Below are positions 43,697-56,207 of a stretch of DNA of 64,000 nucleotides, one piece after another. Within the stretch, counting starts at the first letter, position 1; each line of letters begins with the position of its first letter. The notes beneath the pieces were generated by a model, which did not search any database, was not told where the DNA came from, and saw only the letters and a program-made list of their open reading frames with translations. This DNA is from Fimbriosthenelais zetlandica (Eukaryota): NCBI GenBank assembly GCA_977030845.1, contig OZ365115.1:6572001-6636000 (forward strand), in the 5' to 3' direction. Made by a program: the position numbers and the translations under genes.

Positions 43697-44377
43697 GTAA
43701 ACAAAGAACAACATGTATTTCTTTATCAGAGTTAAAGATCATGCCCTGACATGGGTAGGGAAGGTTATGTCCATATAGGTTTACTGGCCTTCACGACCCT
43801 AATATCACCAAAACACTCAAAGAAAGACCATCTTCCCCCTGAATGACATAAGGATTTAAAGTCAAGTAAATCCCTTCTTTTATGCAGAATACTTGATGCT
43901 AGTACAGGGCAGTTCTGAACATACATCTAGTCCATACTCTGTGGTACTCAAAGATCTCTTCGACTATTGTTACTATAGCATCTTGTTTGCTTTAGTCATT
44001 GAAGATACACCAAGATGAAAAAGATAGTCACGTGATTATTAGATAGAACTCATGGTTTCGATCAATATTATAATATACATTTATTCTTAGGAATCAGTTG
44101 CTAACAATAACAGACTGGGCAGAGTTTCAATCTGGGTATGATGGGAAAGGGAAGTGAATTTATTTGGAGAAGTCAAATCATTTAGCTTCATTGGATTAAG
44201 CAGTGGGGAAATTTCATGGAAGATTATATTTCTGGAAGTATTCTCGAGATGTTTATAAACTAGTATAAGTGATACCCTGTGAGTGTGATTGAAGGACCTT
44301 TACTGTCACAGGAACATCTTTTTTTCATCTTGGACACTTATTTTATTAGATGCATAACATTGTTGGGTGAGCACAAA

Positions 44378-46723
44378 ATGGACCAGTATAAATGTTCACA
44401 TTGTGAGAAGGTATTTACCACAGCAACACCTCTTAAAAAGCATCTTTTAGTACATACTGACTACAAAGCTATAGAATGTCCACTCTGCGATAAGCGCTTC
44501 AAAGAACAGGGAGCCATGGGGCGGCACTATCGCAGTAGGCACACCAATGAACGTCCTTACTTGTGTGCTGTATGCAACAAAGGCTTCCCCGCAGCAGTCA
44601 ATTTGAAAATCCACTTGCGTTCCCATAGTGGGGAAAGGCCCTATTGCTGTGACCATTGTGAGAGCCGATTCACCACTCTGAGTGGCTTGAAAGCTCACAT
44701 TCGCTCACATACTGGGGAAAGACCGTATCCCTGCAAAATATGTGGGAAGCGATTCCTGCAAACAGGGCATCTTGCTGTGCATCTTCGTAGACATAGTAAC
44801 ATTCGCCCCTTCAAATGTGACTATGAAGGTTGTGATAAAGCCTTTAATAGTAGAAATGCTCTTAAGAATCATCTGAGCTACCATTCCAGTCTTAGACCAT
44901 ATACTTGCGACTTGTGTGATAAGGCGTTCAAATGTCAGAGTGATTTAACTAAACACAAACGTACTCATTCTGATATGCGGCCATACGTATGTTCTACATG
45001 TGGTCGCTCCTACAAACATGTTAATGGTCTTCGGGTGCACCTCCGCACACACAGCTTGGAGCGTCCGTACAAATGTGACAAATGTAACAGAACATTTGCT
45101 CAGTCCAGTACACTAAAAGTCCATCAACGTGTGCATAGTGATGAACGCCCTTATCCCTGTGGGACTTGTGGCAAGCGGTTCAAAGACAAAGGTCATCTAG
45201 AGAAGCATACGCTCATTCATGAAAATATCAAACCATTTCAGTGCCCAACTTGTGGCAAGAGATTCCGTCAGACCAGTACCCTTGTTCGTCATCAAAGTTC
45301 GCATAGTCAGACTCGCAACTTTGTATGCGCCATATGCAGCCATGCATTCATGCAGCAAGGGCATCTTAAAGCCCATATGCGAGTACATACTGGAGAGCGC
45401 AACTACACCTGCTCCACATGTGGCAAGTCTTTCTTACACAGTGGAGACTTAAAAAGGCACAGTATGATTCATACCAAAGAGAAAGCATTTAAGTGCACTC
45501 TCTGTGGAAAGTGCTGGAGACTAAAATCAGAACTGAAAATGCATATGATCTCTCACAAAACAGAGCGAAGCATACCATGTGGAACTTGTGGGAAACACTT
45601 CAAAGATGGCAGCCATCTGAAGAAGCATTTGAAGATTCATACTAGTATTCGCCCTTACAAGTGTGTATTGTGTTCTGCTAAATTCATGTGTCAGAGAGAT
45701 TTAACTCGACATCAACACACTCATGCTGGAGTCAAGCCCTACAACTGTAAATTCTGTGATCAGGCATTTGTACAACCGGGACAAGTGAAGAGTCATATAC
45801 GTGTACATATGAGGGAAAGTCGAATACACAAGACAGCAGAAGGGCATGGCGATGATTTGAAGAGTGAGAATCATGATATGACAAAGATGAACAAGGAGCA
45901 TAATTATCTATTTGAAACAGATGTTTCACCCAAGAGACAGACTGAATCTGAAGGAAGTGACAAACAAATGGATGGTACAGTTATAGGTTCTGAAACTTGT
46001 GAAAAAGAAGTCAAAACTCGTTCTGGCAGTGATACAGTGACTCAGCAAGATGAACAAAGTCAACACCACTTTGTAAAGGACAGTGATGAGACTTACATGG
46101 TCTCTCAAGAAGGCATTCATCAAGGATTGTGTATCAAGGAACGTCCTGGTCAGACCCAGTACCATGAAAGTATGAATGATGAAAGTAGTAAAGATACTGG
46201 TCCACTGCCCCCGCACAATCCGTCATACACTTACAAGGGAGATGAAGAAATTGTTCAAGTTGTTGGACAAGGTTGCCAGACTAAACTGGAAAGATGCACC
46301 GACAATTCTGAACGTCAATCAACAGAAAGTCTTAACATTGATGAGAAGACTTCTCAACAGCCATGCTTGAGCACCAGGAATAATCTTTCATTTAAGGGAC
46401 ATCCCCTGAAGAAATATGGAAAACTGAATCATGATAATAGTTTTCCTTTATTCAACTGTAGGAACCATGGATTTACAAAGTACAACCCTGGCAGATTGCG
46501 TCCTGAATTAAATGGCCAATCTCATGGTACAGAAAAAAAGAGACCAGAGAAGATATTGGATTTGGATGACAATGTTCCTCTTAACCTTAGTGTTCATCGT
46601 AGAAATGCCCTGACATATTGTAAGACAGTTCCCAGTGGGGTTAAACAGGATATTTCGCAAACTTCTGATTATGCGCTGGACTTGAGATTAATTCACAGGG
46701 ATGGATATAAGCTATCAGACTAA
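44378..46723 (+). CDS. C2H2 zinc-finger protein, 781 aa, 17 tandem fingers plus an acidic/disordered C-terminus with PLNLS and ALDLR motifs
   Basis: I counted 17 C-x2/4-C-x12-H-x3/4-H units with TGERPY-type linkers in one uninterrupted exon. First ATG after the acceptor uORF is at 44378. Confidence 0.93.
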   Translation: MDQYKCSHCEKVFTTATPLKKHLLVHTDYKAIECPLCDKRFKEQGAMGRHYRSRHTNERPYLCAVCNKGFPAAVNLKIHLRSHSGERPYCCDHCESRFTTLSGLKAHIRSHTGERPYPCKICGKRFLQTGHLAVHLRRHSNIRPFKCDYEGCDKAFNSRNALKNHLSYHSSLRPYTCDLCDKAFKCQSDLTKHKRTHSDMRPYVCSTCGRSYKHVNGLRVHLRTHSLERPYKCDKCNRTFAQSSTLKVHQRVHSDERPYPCGTCGKRFKDKGHLEKHTLIHENIKPFQCPTCGKRFRQTSTLVRHQSSHSQTRNFVCAICSHAFMQQGHLKAHMRVHTGERNYTCSTCGKSFLHSGDLKRHSMIHTKEKAFKCTLCGKCWRLKSELKMHMISHKTERSIPCGTCGKHFKDGSHLKKHLKIHTSIRPYKCVLCSAKFMCQRDLTRHQHTHAGVKPYNCKFCDQAFVQPGQVKSHIRVHMRESRIHKTAEGHGDDLKSENHDMTKMNKEHNYLFETDVSPKRQTESEGSDKQMDGTVIGSETCEKEVKTRSGSDTVTQQDEQSQHHFVKDSDETYMVSQEGIHQGLCIKERPGQTQYHESMNDESSKDTGPLPPHNPSYTYKGDEEIVQVVGQGCQTKLERCTDNSERQSTESLNIDEKTSQQPCLSTRNNLSFKGHPLKKYGKLNHDNSFPLFNCRNHGFTKYNPGRLRPELNGQSHGTEKKRPEKILDLDDNVPLNLSVHRRNALTYCKTVPSGVKQDISQTSDYALDLRLIHRDGYKLSD

Positions 46724-47635
46724 TATTTGTAGATCTGTTGCCTGCAGGTTGCCTGCCTTCCACATGTTTATAACTCTGCCTTGGATGGTTTTTGGAGCTA
46801 GAACTACCCTGCCCATGGTGGAAATGACCATCTTATACCCCTTTAAGCAACATGGAACGTCCCAGAGCCCCGACCCATGGTTTTGAAGATCCTCACCTAG
46901 AGGTTATAACTTCAGGGGAGGAATAATTATTATAGGATGTCAAAGTTGGAATGTAAGGTTTTATCCAAATGGTGCACCAATAAAGCTGTCGGTTATTAAT
47001 TTGTAATTCCTCTTGCAGTGTGCCCATTAACTGGCCTGTTTTGTGGCTTTTGCCAGCCTTTTATTGTGCAGGACGACCATCAGCATCGTCTGAATATGAC
47101 CGATAATGGCTCATAAATCAAGATCACGAGTAGAGACACCCTTTAATTTGTTATTTGCTCCTAGAAATTACCACAAGCAATCAATGAAACGTCGTTTAGT
47201 ATCGGATCAAACAAGATCTTTATTAATTGCGTCGCCTTGGAGGAAAAGTGGTTTTACATGAGGCAACGCTACCAAACATTTGAAATATTTCATTATTCAG
47301 AATTGCTGGAATGGTGGGCAAGCATGTAGTGGTTTGTAAAAGAATGCCGTTATCAGCACCAAGTGCCTCTTTTTATACCGACCATTAAGCCAATAACTGA
47401 CATTTCCACCTCCAACTAAAATCATGTTGTCTTTAGGATAAAAATTGATCCATTTCTAAAAATAATAGTCAGGGAGGGGGAATCGATGATGGAGCAGGAA
47501 GCACGGAGTCATAACCAGCTGTTCGGCTTCATTAGTTTCACCCATCATCGCTCATCATGCATTCTTCACTATTCTAGATGTCCCCGAAATTTCCCTTTAA
47601 TTGATGGAGTGTGGCGAATCGCATCTCATTAGTAA

Positions 47636-48348
47636 AACTTTCTGGAACCGTTTAGAGGTCTGGACAAGCTCTTTTATAAGGGTTGTAGGCTAAATGTAAA
47701 TTTGACTTTCGTAAATATCACAGCCTTTCAGCCTGAGCAATTAGCTAATTACACTTTAGAAATGCCAGAATTGGCATTCCTTACTAACATCTTCATCTTT
47801 GTGAAAATTCTAAATGGACATTTTCCGGATGTTTACGATGAAAGCTGCCAATTCTCACTTGAGTGAACCTACATTCTTTGTCATGTGGATCGTTATTTTG
47901 ATACGGCCATTAGATTTGGACGGCACAGCTGTTCAATATTATAACTTGCCACACCTGAAAAAACTTCCCGACTGGAAAATATTTATTGGATCCATTTAAG
48001 CATAAATCAATCACATTTTTACTGGAGTTGACTAATGGGAATTGTAATCTTGCACTCTACGACTGTTCCTGCATCTATACTACACTGTCTTATTCTGACT
48101 ATGTCTACTTGCCTTAGGATGAGGTCATTTCTGGCCGAGAAAGGCACTGTTTCCGGTATGACTGGATCCATAACTGGGATTCTCTACAAGGGAACCGGAC
48201 TTTATGGAAATCTATCACGTCTTATCAGAGTCGTGGAATAGAGTTCCGATGTGTGGCCAGTTCAACAACAGATGAATTCAAAACAAGTTACTTGAAAAGT
48301 TTCTGTTTCAGCCATGTGTGGAAGGACAATTTTGGCTATTTACAATGA
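47636..48348 (+). pseudogene. Decayed coding-like sequence of unknown family
   Basis: A 76-codon stop-free frame (47636-47863) plus a second frame (47959-48348) with one TAG; protein-like composition with N-x-T sequons. Confidence 0.3.
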
Positions 48349-51300
48349 GAACATATCACTGATGTTTAACTGGAACTGTCCCATCCTTATATGATGCAGC
48401 CAATGTAAAATTGTTCCTTTTTAAAAGACACTTTTGTTTACTGAGGTTGTCCATAATAATAAGTATATGGCATTGGGCTAGCTTAAATTTGAAAAAGATG
48501 CACATACATGTCCATGAAAAATCTAAGGAAGGTTTGTGATTCTGAACTGAACAATGGATAACCAAATCTTAAGTGGAATAATATCTCGGTGATAGATGAT
48601 TGACAACTTTCACGTTGCCTTTAGCGACAAAAGTCGATTAAAGTAGTCTTGCATGTAGTTCAGGAAGCCAGCTCGAGGCATTAGACTGATTCTTCTAGTC
48701 TCATCATGCTAACATACTCATCTTTCTTTACAATCTGTAGAATTATTGGCTAATTAATAAAGAAGTTCATGAAATATCCCTGACCCAATGCTGGATCTAT
48801 ATGAATGAACAATAGCTTTTGCCATGAATTCCAATAGATTATAATAGATGGCGACAGTAAATATCAGCAGAATATAACAAAAAACAGAAACGCAGTCAGT
48901 GTAGCCAGGCATCCATCGCATGTATACAAGGCTAACAACTTGACAGGTATTTTTATGGCAATTATTTGGCATTTTACTTGGTTAATGCCCCAAGGCAATT
49001 GCACACACACCCCTATAGATAAAGGAACGCTTTCTTTAGGTACGACTTTTGAGCAAAGGTAAAGGCAAATGCTAGAGTCCAATCTACACTATGACTCCCT
49101 GGAGGCTACTGCTTGTTGACCAAAGCAATGACCTTTAAGTCTAATGGCTATGCCATACCCCGCTTCCCACACTCTTTGTTCCATGTACCCTCGGTTCTAT
49201 CCAGTCTCTTTCTATCATCCATCCTATCTCTGTCCTTATCTCTTCCAGGCTCTGTATTCCCTTTATCCTTTATTTTATTCTCTTTTACTCCCTCCCTCCT
49301 TCCATTCCCTCACCTGACGGGAGTGAAAGCCTCTCTCGCTGGTGATTGCTCTCCGTCTGCCCATGTGCTGCTGCAGCCACAGCCTCTAGTCTGTCTCTCT
49401 CAATTCCCACTCTCTTCTCTTGCCTCGGAGGCTGATACTTCTCCACTTGGTACAACATTCCCCCCATCATCATCACCACCTCCCGACCCACCCGTCCCTT
49501 CCACACACACATACTCTCTACCTGCTCCTCCACCCTCATCCACCTTGCCCATCCATCAGGGACAGTGGGGCCACCTCCAGCTCTCCCCCCACCACCTCCC
49601 TCCCCTCACTCAACCTCCCTCTCCATATCCACCAGCACCCAACCTGTCCAGCTGCAGTCATTGCATTCTTCTTTTTCATCAGGACTTGCGAGCACACTTG
49701 CAATCACCTCGATTGCTACAACAGACTCGACATACTGCCTTTAACGAGCAGCTATTGTTGCCAGTAATTATCAACAATCTGCCAATGAAGAGTGTATTCA
49801 GTGTGCGTGGCACCTCCTGAACAGGACATCCTCCCTCCTAGTTGAGGACGTTGGCAAGGAGGAGACAAGATAATCTGTAGCATCATATCAAGTTTACAGG
49901 TGACAAATATCTGTGTTGGAATTGATTTCTCCTTTCAAAACACTAGACAGGTAAGTCCAGCAGTAAGTTTAGCAGTGCCTTTGAAGTAGTGCCTTTCTTA
50001 GACTTCGCATACCTATATATAAATACTACAGCTATTCAAGGGTTTATCAAGAAATATCAAAGACAATGATTAGACAGAATGTATGGAAACATACAATGAT
50101 TCCAATCCGTCTACTGTTCAGTTTGTGTCTCCTATAGCTGTCAGTGACGCCAATCAATCTGTTTGTATTATCACATTGTTGCAATTTAGGCTTTACGTTG
50201 GTATATAGGAGTCAAAATGTTGCTTGTTTTATTATGAGTAAGGTAACACAAGTAATACTCTGAATAACAGTTTTGTAGTCATGGTTTTGGAGATCCAATC
50301 ACTTTAGCCAGACGAGTATCAGGTCGTCTGATGTTATATTTAAGTGGTGAAGCAGATCTTGAAAAGCATAGCAAAACAATCCTGGGGAAAAAACTGTAGT
50401 TCTCACGATACATCTCTGGCTAATATAACCTGTGCAATACACAATGTGTACAAAACACAGCACAGGGAACTTTAATTGGGAAATTGCCTCATTATGTCTC
50501 AGATTTCATTCTAGGCTAATTTCAATTATTAAATTGATCTTGGCTTAATTTAATCAAGCGCGTCACCAAAATTAATATTCATTTCATCTAGATGATAGGT
50601 GAAAGAAGAGACCCATAACCTTACACTTGTGTAGTGTCATAAGCTGATTACCACGCCCTTGAAAGAGACCCAATATGAGGATCCAAGAATAGGACGTCTG
50701 TTTCTATATACAGACCGCATGCATATCACGCACATCCGTCATTAATCTCCCCCAGCCATGGATCCATGGATCCTTCATCACTTGTTCATATAACCACTTC
50801 TTTGCATGATCAAAAGAAGGTCCTCACAAAGAGTGCTGACAGAGGGGTTTCTTCAGCATGGTAACAAGGTGTGTCTATAGCGCTGTTTAGAGTTCCCAAG
50901 GTTCGCCACAATTACATCCCAAATGTATATACACAAAATACAATCAAAAGGAACCATTGTCAGAATTCAAAATAAATTCCTCATGAAAATGGGATGGGAT
51001 GGCGGTTTGGAAAACCCAACCCTACCTCTGAATCCGCCACTGAGTCTCACAGTTAGACAGAGCATCTTTTTCATTATGTTAGCTTTATCGTGGGAAGTCT
51101 ATATCTCAGATAATGAATAATGACAAACACTTTCTATCTCATAAGCAGTGAGCTTGATTAGCCTTACATCATTAGTCAGACCACTTAATTAGCCCCACAT
51201 TAGCTGTCTAGGGGATCCTGTGAAGGGCTATCAGGGTGTGTTGGATGACTGGGAATGATTGATTGCTGCGTTTTAGTTATATACCTCGAGGTCTCCTGCC

Positions 51301-54300
51301 ATTTCTAGCACAGAAGGAAATCATATTAGATAAAACGCCCTTGACCTCAAAAGATCCCCGTCTTATACAGTAATAGATCTTATTAAGTATAATGTGTAAT
51401 AGAGGCAATTACCGATAGCAATTATTGTTTTCCCCCTTAACACCAGTCATTGTCAGTGGCGCCACCGTCAGCTATATGCAGTTAGCTATATTTCTGCTTC
51501 CGGTCTCTCACCAGTCAAAGTGTATTGGGCCTCATAGGTTGGGTACCCAAGGACAATGATGTTGCTTTTATTATCCATGGTCCCCAGGTCTTCTGATTCA
51601 TTACTAGCTAACTTATATTCTAAGGTTTTGGTCCTAAGATTTATATATTATTAATTTCTATAGGCCTATACTCGCATGAGTGGGAGTCTCTCCCTCCTTC
51701 TCTCGCCACTGCCCACTCCAGGATCTCCAACCTTCCATGACTCATATACATCTTTTCTAATTTCATACTACTGGCGAATATAAAAAGTCAACAAACTTCA
51801 CATTAAATCAGCCTACCGCAAAACACATTAAATTTGTTGACGATCACACCATTTTCTCTATTTTCTTTAATTATCTGTCATTTGGAATTACCCCTGTCCA
51901 AAACAAATTCCCTCCTGACTTCTTGAAAAAACGGTAAAATGTTGGTGAAACAGGCAATGATGATCTCTAATTAGAAGACAAACTAGGGGATGGAGCCCCA
52001 TTAAGAAAGAAGCTGGGAGGATAATTAGTCCTGTCACCCTCTTGTCTCTTTATTATTAGACGTCGGAGATGGGTCATTCATTCTCCCCTCCGCTCCTCAC
52101 TCGGGGTACTACCAATCTATTTTACTGTGACAATGAGGAAATGAGCAGCTCAGGTGTGCTATTTTATTTTTTTCAGGCCATGCTGGCTTTGCCTCGGCAC
52201 CAAAACATTCTTTACAATCAGGTATTATGCTATCACGCCTTGAGACGCGAGGGAAATACACTTAGAGGCTGTAGTTAGTGTCTTAAGTCAGGAAAACATC
52301 AATTATATATAGATCTACATTATAGAGAAAGGGTGTCTGAGGGATATTTCCCGTTTGTGAAAATGTTCCCTCGGATATATATTATAATTAAGCCTTGAAG
52401 TTATTCCTTCGGATCTTTTTTCTAGATTATAACATATATAATGTGTCATTTTATATGGACTTGTAATAGGGCTATAGCATAAATTCTCTTTCAGAGACAA
52501 TAATATTTAATATTTTTCTTTTAGGGCAGTATTTCTCTTATATTAATACATCACGGCTACAATACCGCCCACCCCCAACACCGATTGTCCATGAATCTGT
52601 CACGACATTTTGGACATCACGAAAGAAAGATCAACTAAAATATCAACATTCTTTGAGCAACTCACGTTCATAGGAGATTCTGTTGATCAGGTCACATGCA
52701 TAGACCCAATTTAATTATTAATGCCTCATTAGGCCGGAAAAAAATCACGGGTCTTAGACCAGGACCTGAAAGTAATGTGTCTTTCAGATCTTTAAATCTT
52801 AATGCACGGTCAGTCATTGGCATTGGCAAAGATAAAATAGGCCCACATAATTATTGGGTTTGAACAAGTGACCCTTTTAATTGAACCAAATGTACCTCCT
52901 TACCTTGCATTCATTCGTTCGACTCTATATAAAAATGTTTACTGCAAGCCTGCTTGCCATGCACAGACACTTCTATTAACCTAGAACCTTAAATTACAAA
53001 TGGTTTTCTTCAGAGATCCTATATGATATATGCTAATATAGCAGCCTAACGAAAATAATTCAATCAATAACTAGTACGCCCACAGATTTCTGTGAATGTG
53101 TCATCTGTGACTGCAAAGTGGAAAAAACCTACCAGTAGACTATTTTTAATGGAATAATTAAGTCATGTTTTAATGTGTCCCTTAAAGTCTCCAAACAATG
53201 GAGAGATACCATTCAAAATAGAATAAGTGAACACAATACACTCAGCTGTAGCTTCATGCAGCAGACACTACCTCGAGTGTTGAAATATTAACCGCCGACA
53301 TGTCCGACATTTAAGTATAAGTGGAACAGGGTCTACACAATTATCCCAATCAACCCCCTCTCTCTTGTACATTTGTTAGAACCATTGGGTATCAATTTAA
53401 TGTAGGGGCCTAGGGGGAAGCTTATAAATACAAGTACATGTAGATCGGCGCGAGCCTGAGTTTGATATGCATAGAGTTGAGACTTTTTTGTTCAGCATTG
53501 TTGGAATCCTTTCATATGTTGTGAATGAGAATTCAGCAATGATTTTTCTTGGCCTGGAATGAAATGCTTTTGAAATGTTGAGCTTCATTTTAGTTCAGTG
53601 ATGGAATCTGAGGCACACCTCAAATTTGAACTGTAAAGATAGCAGAAAATGTCAACCATTTAATGAAGCTAGAAATAGCCCTGCGTACAGAGCCTCTGTC
53701 TCAACTCACAATTCCTTCATAAGCTGCCATCTAATTAAAAACAAGTAATCAATATTCTATGTGGACCTAGAGAGATTTGATGCACTCTTTTTGTTATCAT
53801 ACTCATACATGAATCGGCTTAAATATTGAAGTCATATTTATTCGTGAACCACTTAGATAAACAATGGCTATTTCAGGATATGGCTTATCTTTGGTTAGAT
53901 GCCAGTCATATATGACTGAGTATGGTACCTATAAGACTATGAGCCTAACATTCCTGTGGGTGTAGGCCCCCATGTAACCAATAGTTACACGTCGTTGGCA
54001 GATCCCATCACCTTGCCAAAAGTATCTACGAGAAAAATCTCCGTTCAAAGGCTCCATGATAAATACATCACAGACATAGCTACAGGGGGTTTCCATCTAT
54101 AGCATCAGTGACAATTCACAAAGCGTGCACGTTGATGGTAGTGCTTTCATTCCTCTACATATGTCTAGGTATATCAGGCCTAGGCCTATGCTATAATCGG
54201 ATAATGATTTTAGGCCACTGTCCCCAATGTCTGATGATGAATGGATCTACTTAAGACTTATTACTTATACTTATTACTTATTACTTACTACTAATAATTA

Positions 54301-56181
54301 GTAGTTAAACGGACTGATTCATAAAATGTATCTATCTAATATCTATCTAGATAAAATTAATGGGGAATTTGCTGGATGAGTGGGAGAGAAGGGGAGATTT
54401 AAAATGAAGATCATATGAAGATCATTCGCTACAGGCTAAATCTCCAGTTGCCTATATGCCAGGACTGAAACTTGAAGCATATATTGACGAGGAAATATAT
54501 TGATGCGACAACTCATTTCTTGTGATTTTTATTTTTTTATTTGTATTAGTTGTGTTTGTGATTAAACACATATGATATCAGTCATGAAACCTTGTTACAG
54601 CCACATGTCATTTTATGAAGCTATTTTAATTCCTATTTAATTAGAAGTTGATCTCCATAGAATATGGAATTTCGCTTTTTCTCCCATCAGAGAGTCCCAT
54701 TCTTCTAACCTGATATTGAAGAAGTACGGCTAGTGAGGATAAAGAAAAAGATATAAGTATATAACACGCAACACTTGGTATTAAGAAAACAATCTGACAG
54801 ACTGATATTAAAGACTACAGAAAACTTAGAATCTTGCTAAGAAGGGAAACTTTCAGGAACCTTATTTGTAGTAAAATGTTCCTGGTTTGTCACAAAGAAA
54901 AAAAATCAATGTATCGATCAAGAAATTTGTGGTTGAGGGAGCACGGTGGGTTGTAGAGTCTTGTTGCTCTGACAATCTTGTAACAGAAATCGTGCCTTGA
55001 CAGGAACCACCAGCATTTACCAGCACGCACGCCTTGTCTCTTGCCCTGCTCCAACATCGATTATTCTTTCCACCTAACATTCCCCCATCTATTAAATCCA
55101 AAAAGTTGCCCCTAGAAAGTCAGCAAGACTTTTAAAATGCATGATTTCATTCCTCGAGCTCATATTTTGTCTAAATATTGTCCTTGGAAGGTTAGGCCTA
55201 CCATTCATTGACCTTCTCGCTGTCCCCTTCCCCTTTCCTTCCATTTTTCCGTCTACTTCTAGGTATTTTTATAGGTATTTTGAAATCATGCACTTTCTGC
55301 CACTTATTAAATAGCACTGCCTTGATAATACCCTTTTGTGATTGTGCACCCCCTTTAGCTACAGATGAATGCCAGAAGGGATAACTCAAAGATCTTTGAA
55401 TATTAGCAAAATCTTCTCAAAGGAAACCTCTTTCACTTCACGCACCTATAAGGGAGGATCCCGCTAGGGCTTTTCTCCACAACTCTCACTTCAAAGCAAA
55501 TGCAAACCACCTCAGAAGCTCACGTCGAGGACTTCATGTCAATGCATTTATGTCCTATAGACGCCCCTGAGCCATATCATTCGAAGAACATTGACATTTT
55601 TGCTTGGCAGACTAGGCCTACAGACAAAGGGGTGGCGAGAAAATGCCTTGTTGCTTTGTGTCACTTAATCCACTGCTATTAAATTAGAGGAAATTGCCAG
55701 CCCTACCTCGACATTCTACTGTCAACCAACAGTGCTGTAACCCAGACATCAATGAATGCAATATTGATGTAATTGTGTAAGCCACAAATGTCCCAACATT
55801 CCAAGGCTCTAATATCAGTTATATTTAGAAACTGCCACCCCCATCCGTCATCTCCAGGTTTTAGAGTGAATTATGAAAAAGACGACACCCCTGCTATGTC
55901 ATTCAATGTTCAACACATCTATATGTTCTTTCACAATTATTGTTTGTGTTGCTTTGTTTTGTTGAGGTGTAAAAGAAAAACAGAATAGGGAGCTAGGTCA
56001 GGCTGCATGTCAGAAGAGCTTTACAATGATCTACGTCTCCCGCCATTAACCTTTCAAGCAAGGCCTTGTAAATGAGAACCCATCCTCCCCGGATCTTCTT
56101 GAACATTTCACATACAAATGTATATTAGCTTCGGTGAAAAGGAGTACTCGTACATGCAATAGAATATAAGGAAAACGGAGG

Positions 56182-56207
56182 CACTTCCGGCTAGCATTTC
56201 ACGTGAC
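56182..56207. promoter_or_regulatory. ETS (CACTTCCGG) plus E-box (TCACGTGAC) promoter-like motif pair
   Basis: Both motifs lie within 26 bp and are followed by a donor-like GAG|GTAAAG at 56431. Confidence 0.4.

Noticed and set aside
44279-44377. N-terminal extension of the ZNF ORF from GTG 44279
   Set aside because: It crosses an intron-like pyrimidine tract and the acceptor at 44349.
48040-48130. LYDC...YVYLP*DEVI as the missing DxDE half of the GT92-like gene
   Set aside because: It lies 5 kb away beyond the ZNF gene, contains a stop, duplicates the DC motif, and the similarity is too short.
49113-49820. 235-aa Pro/Ser/Leu-rich plus-strand ORF
   Set aside because: A TTG-started by-product of C/T-rich low-complexity sequence with no domain or gene context.
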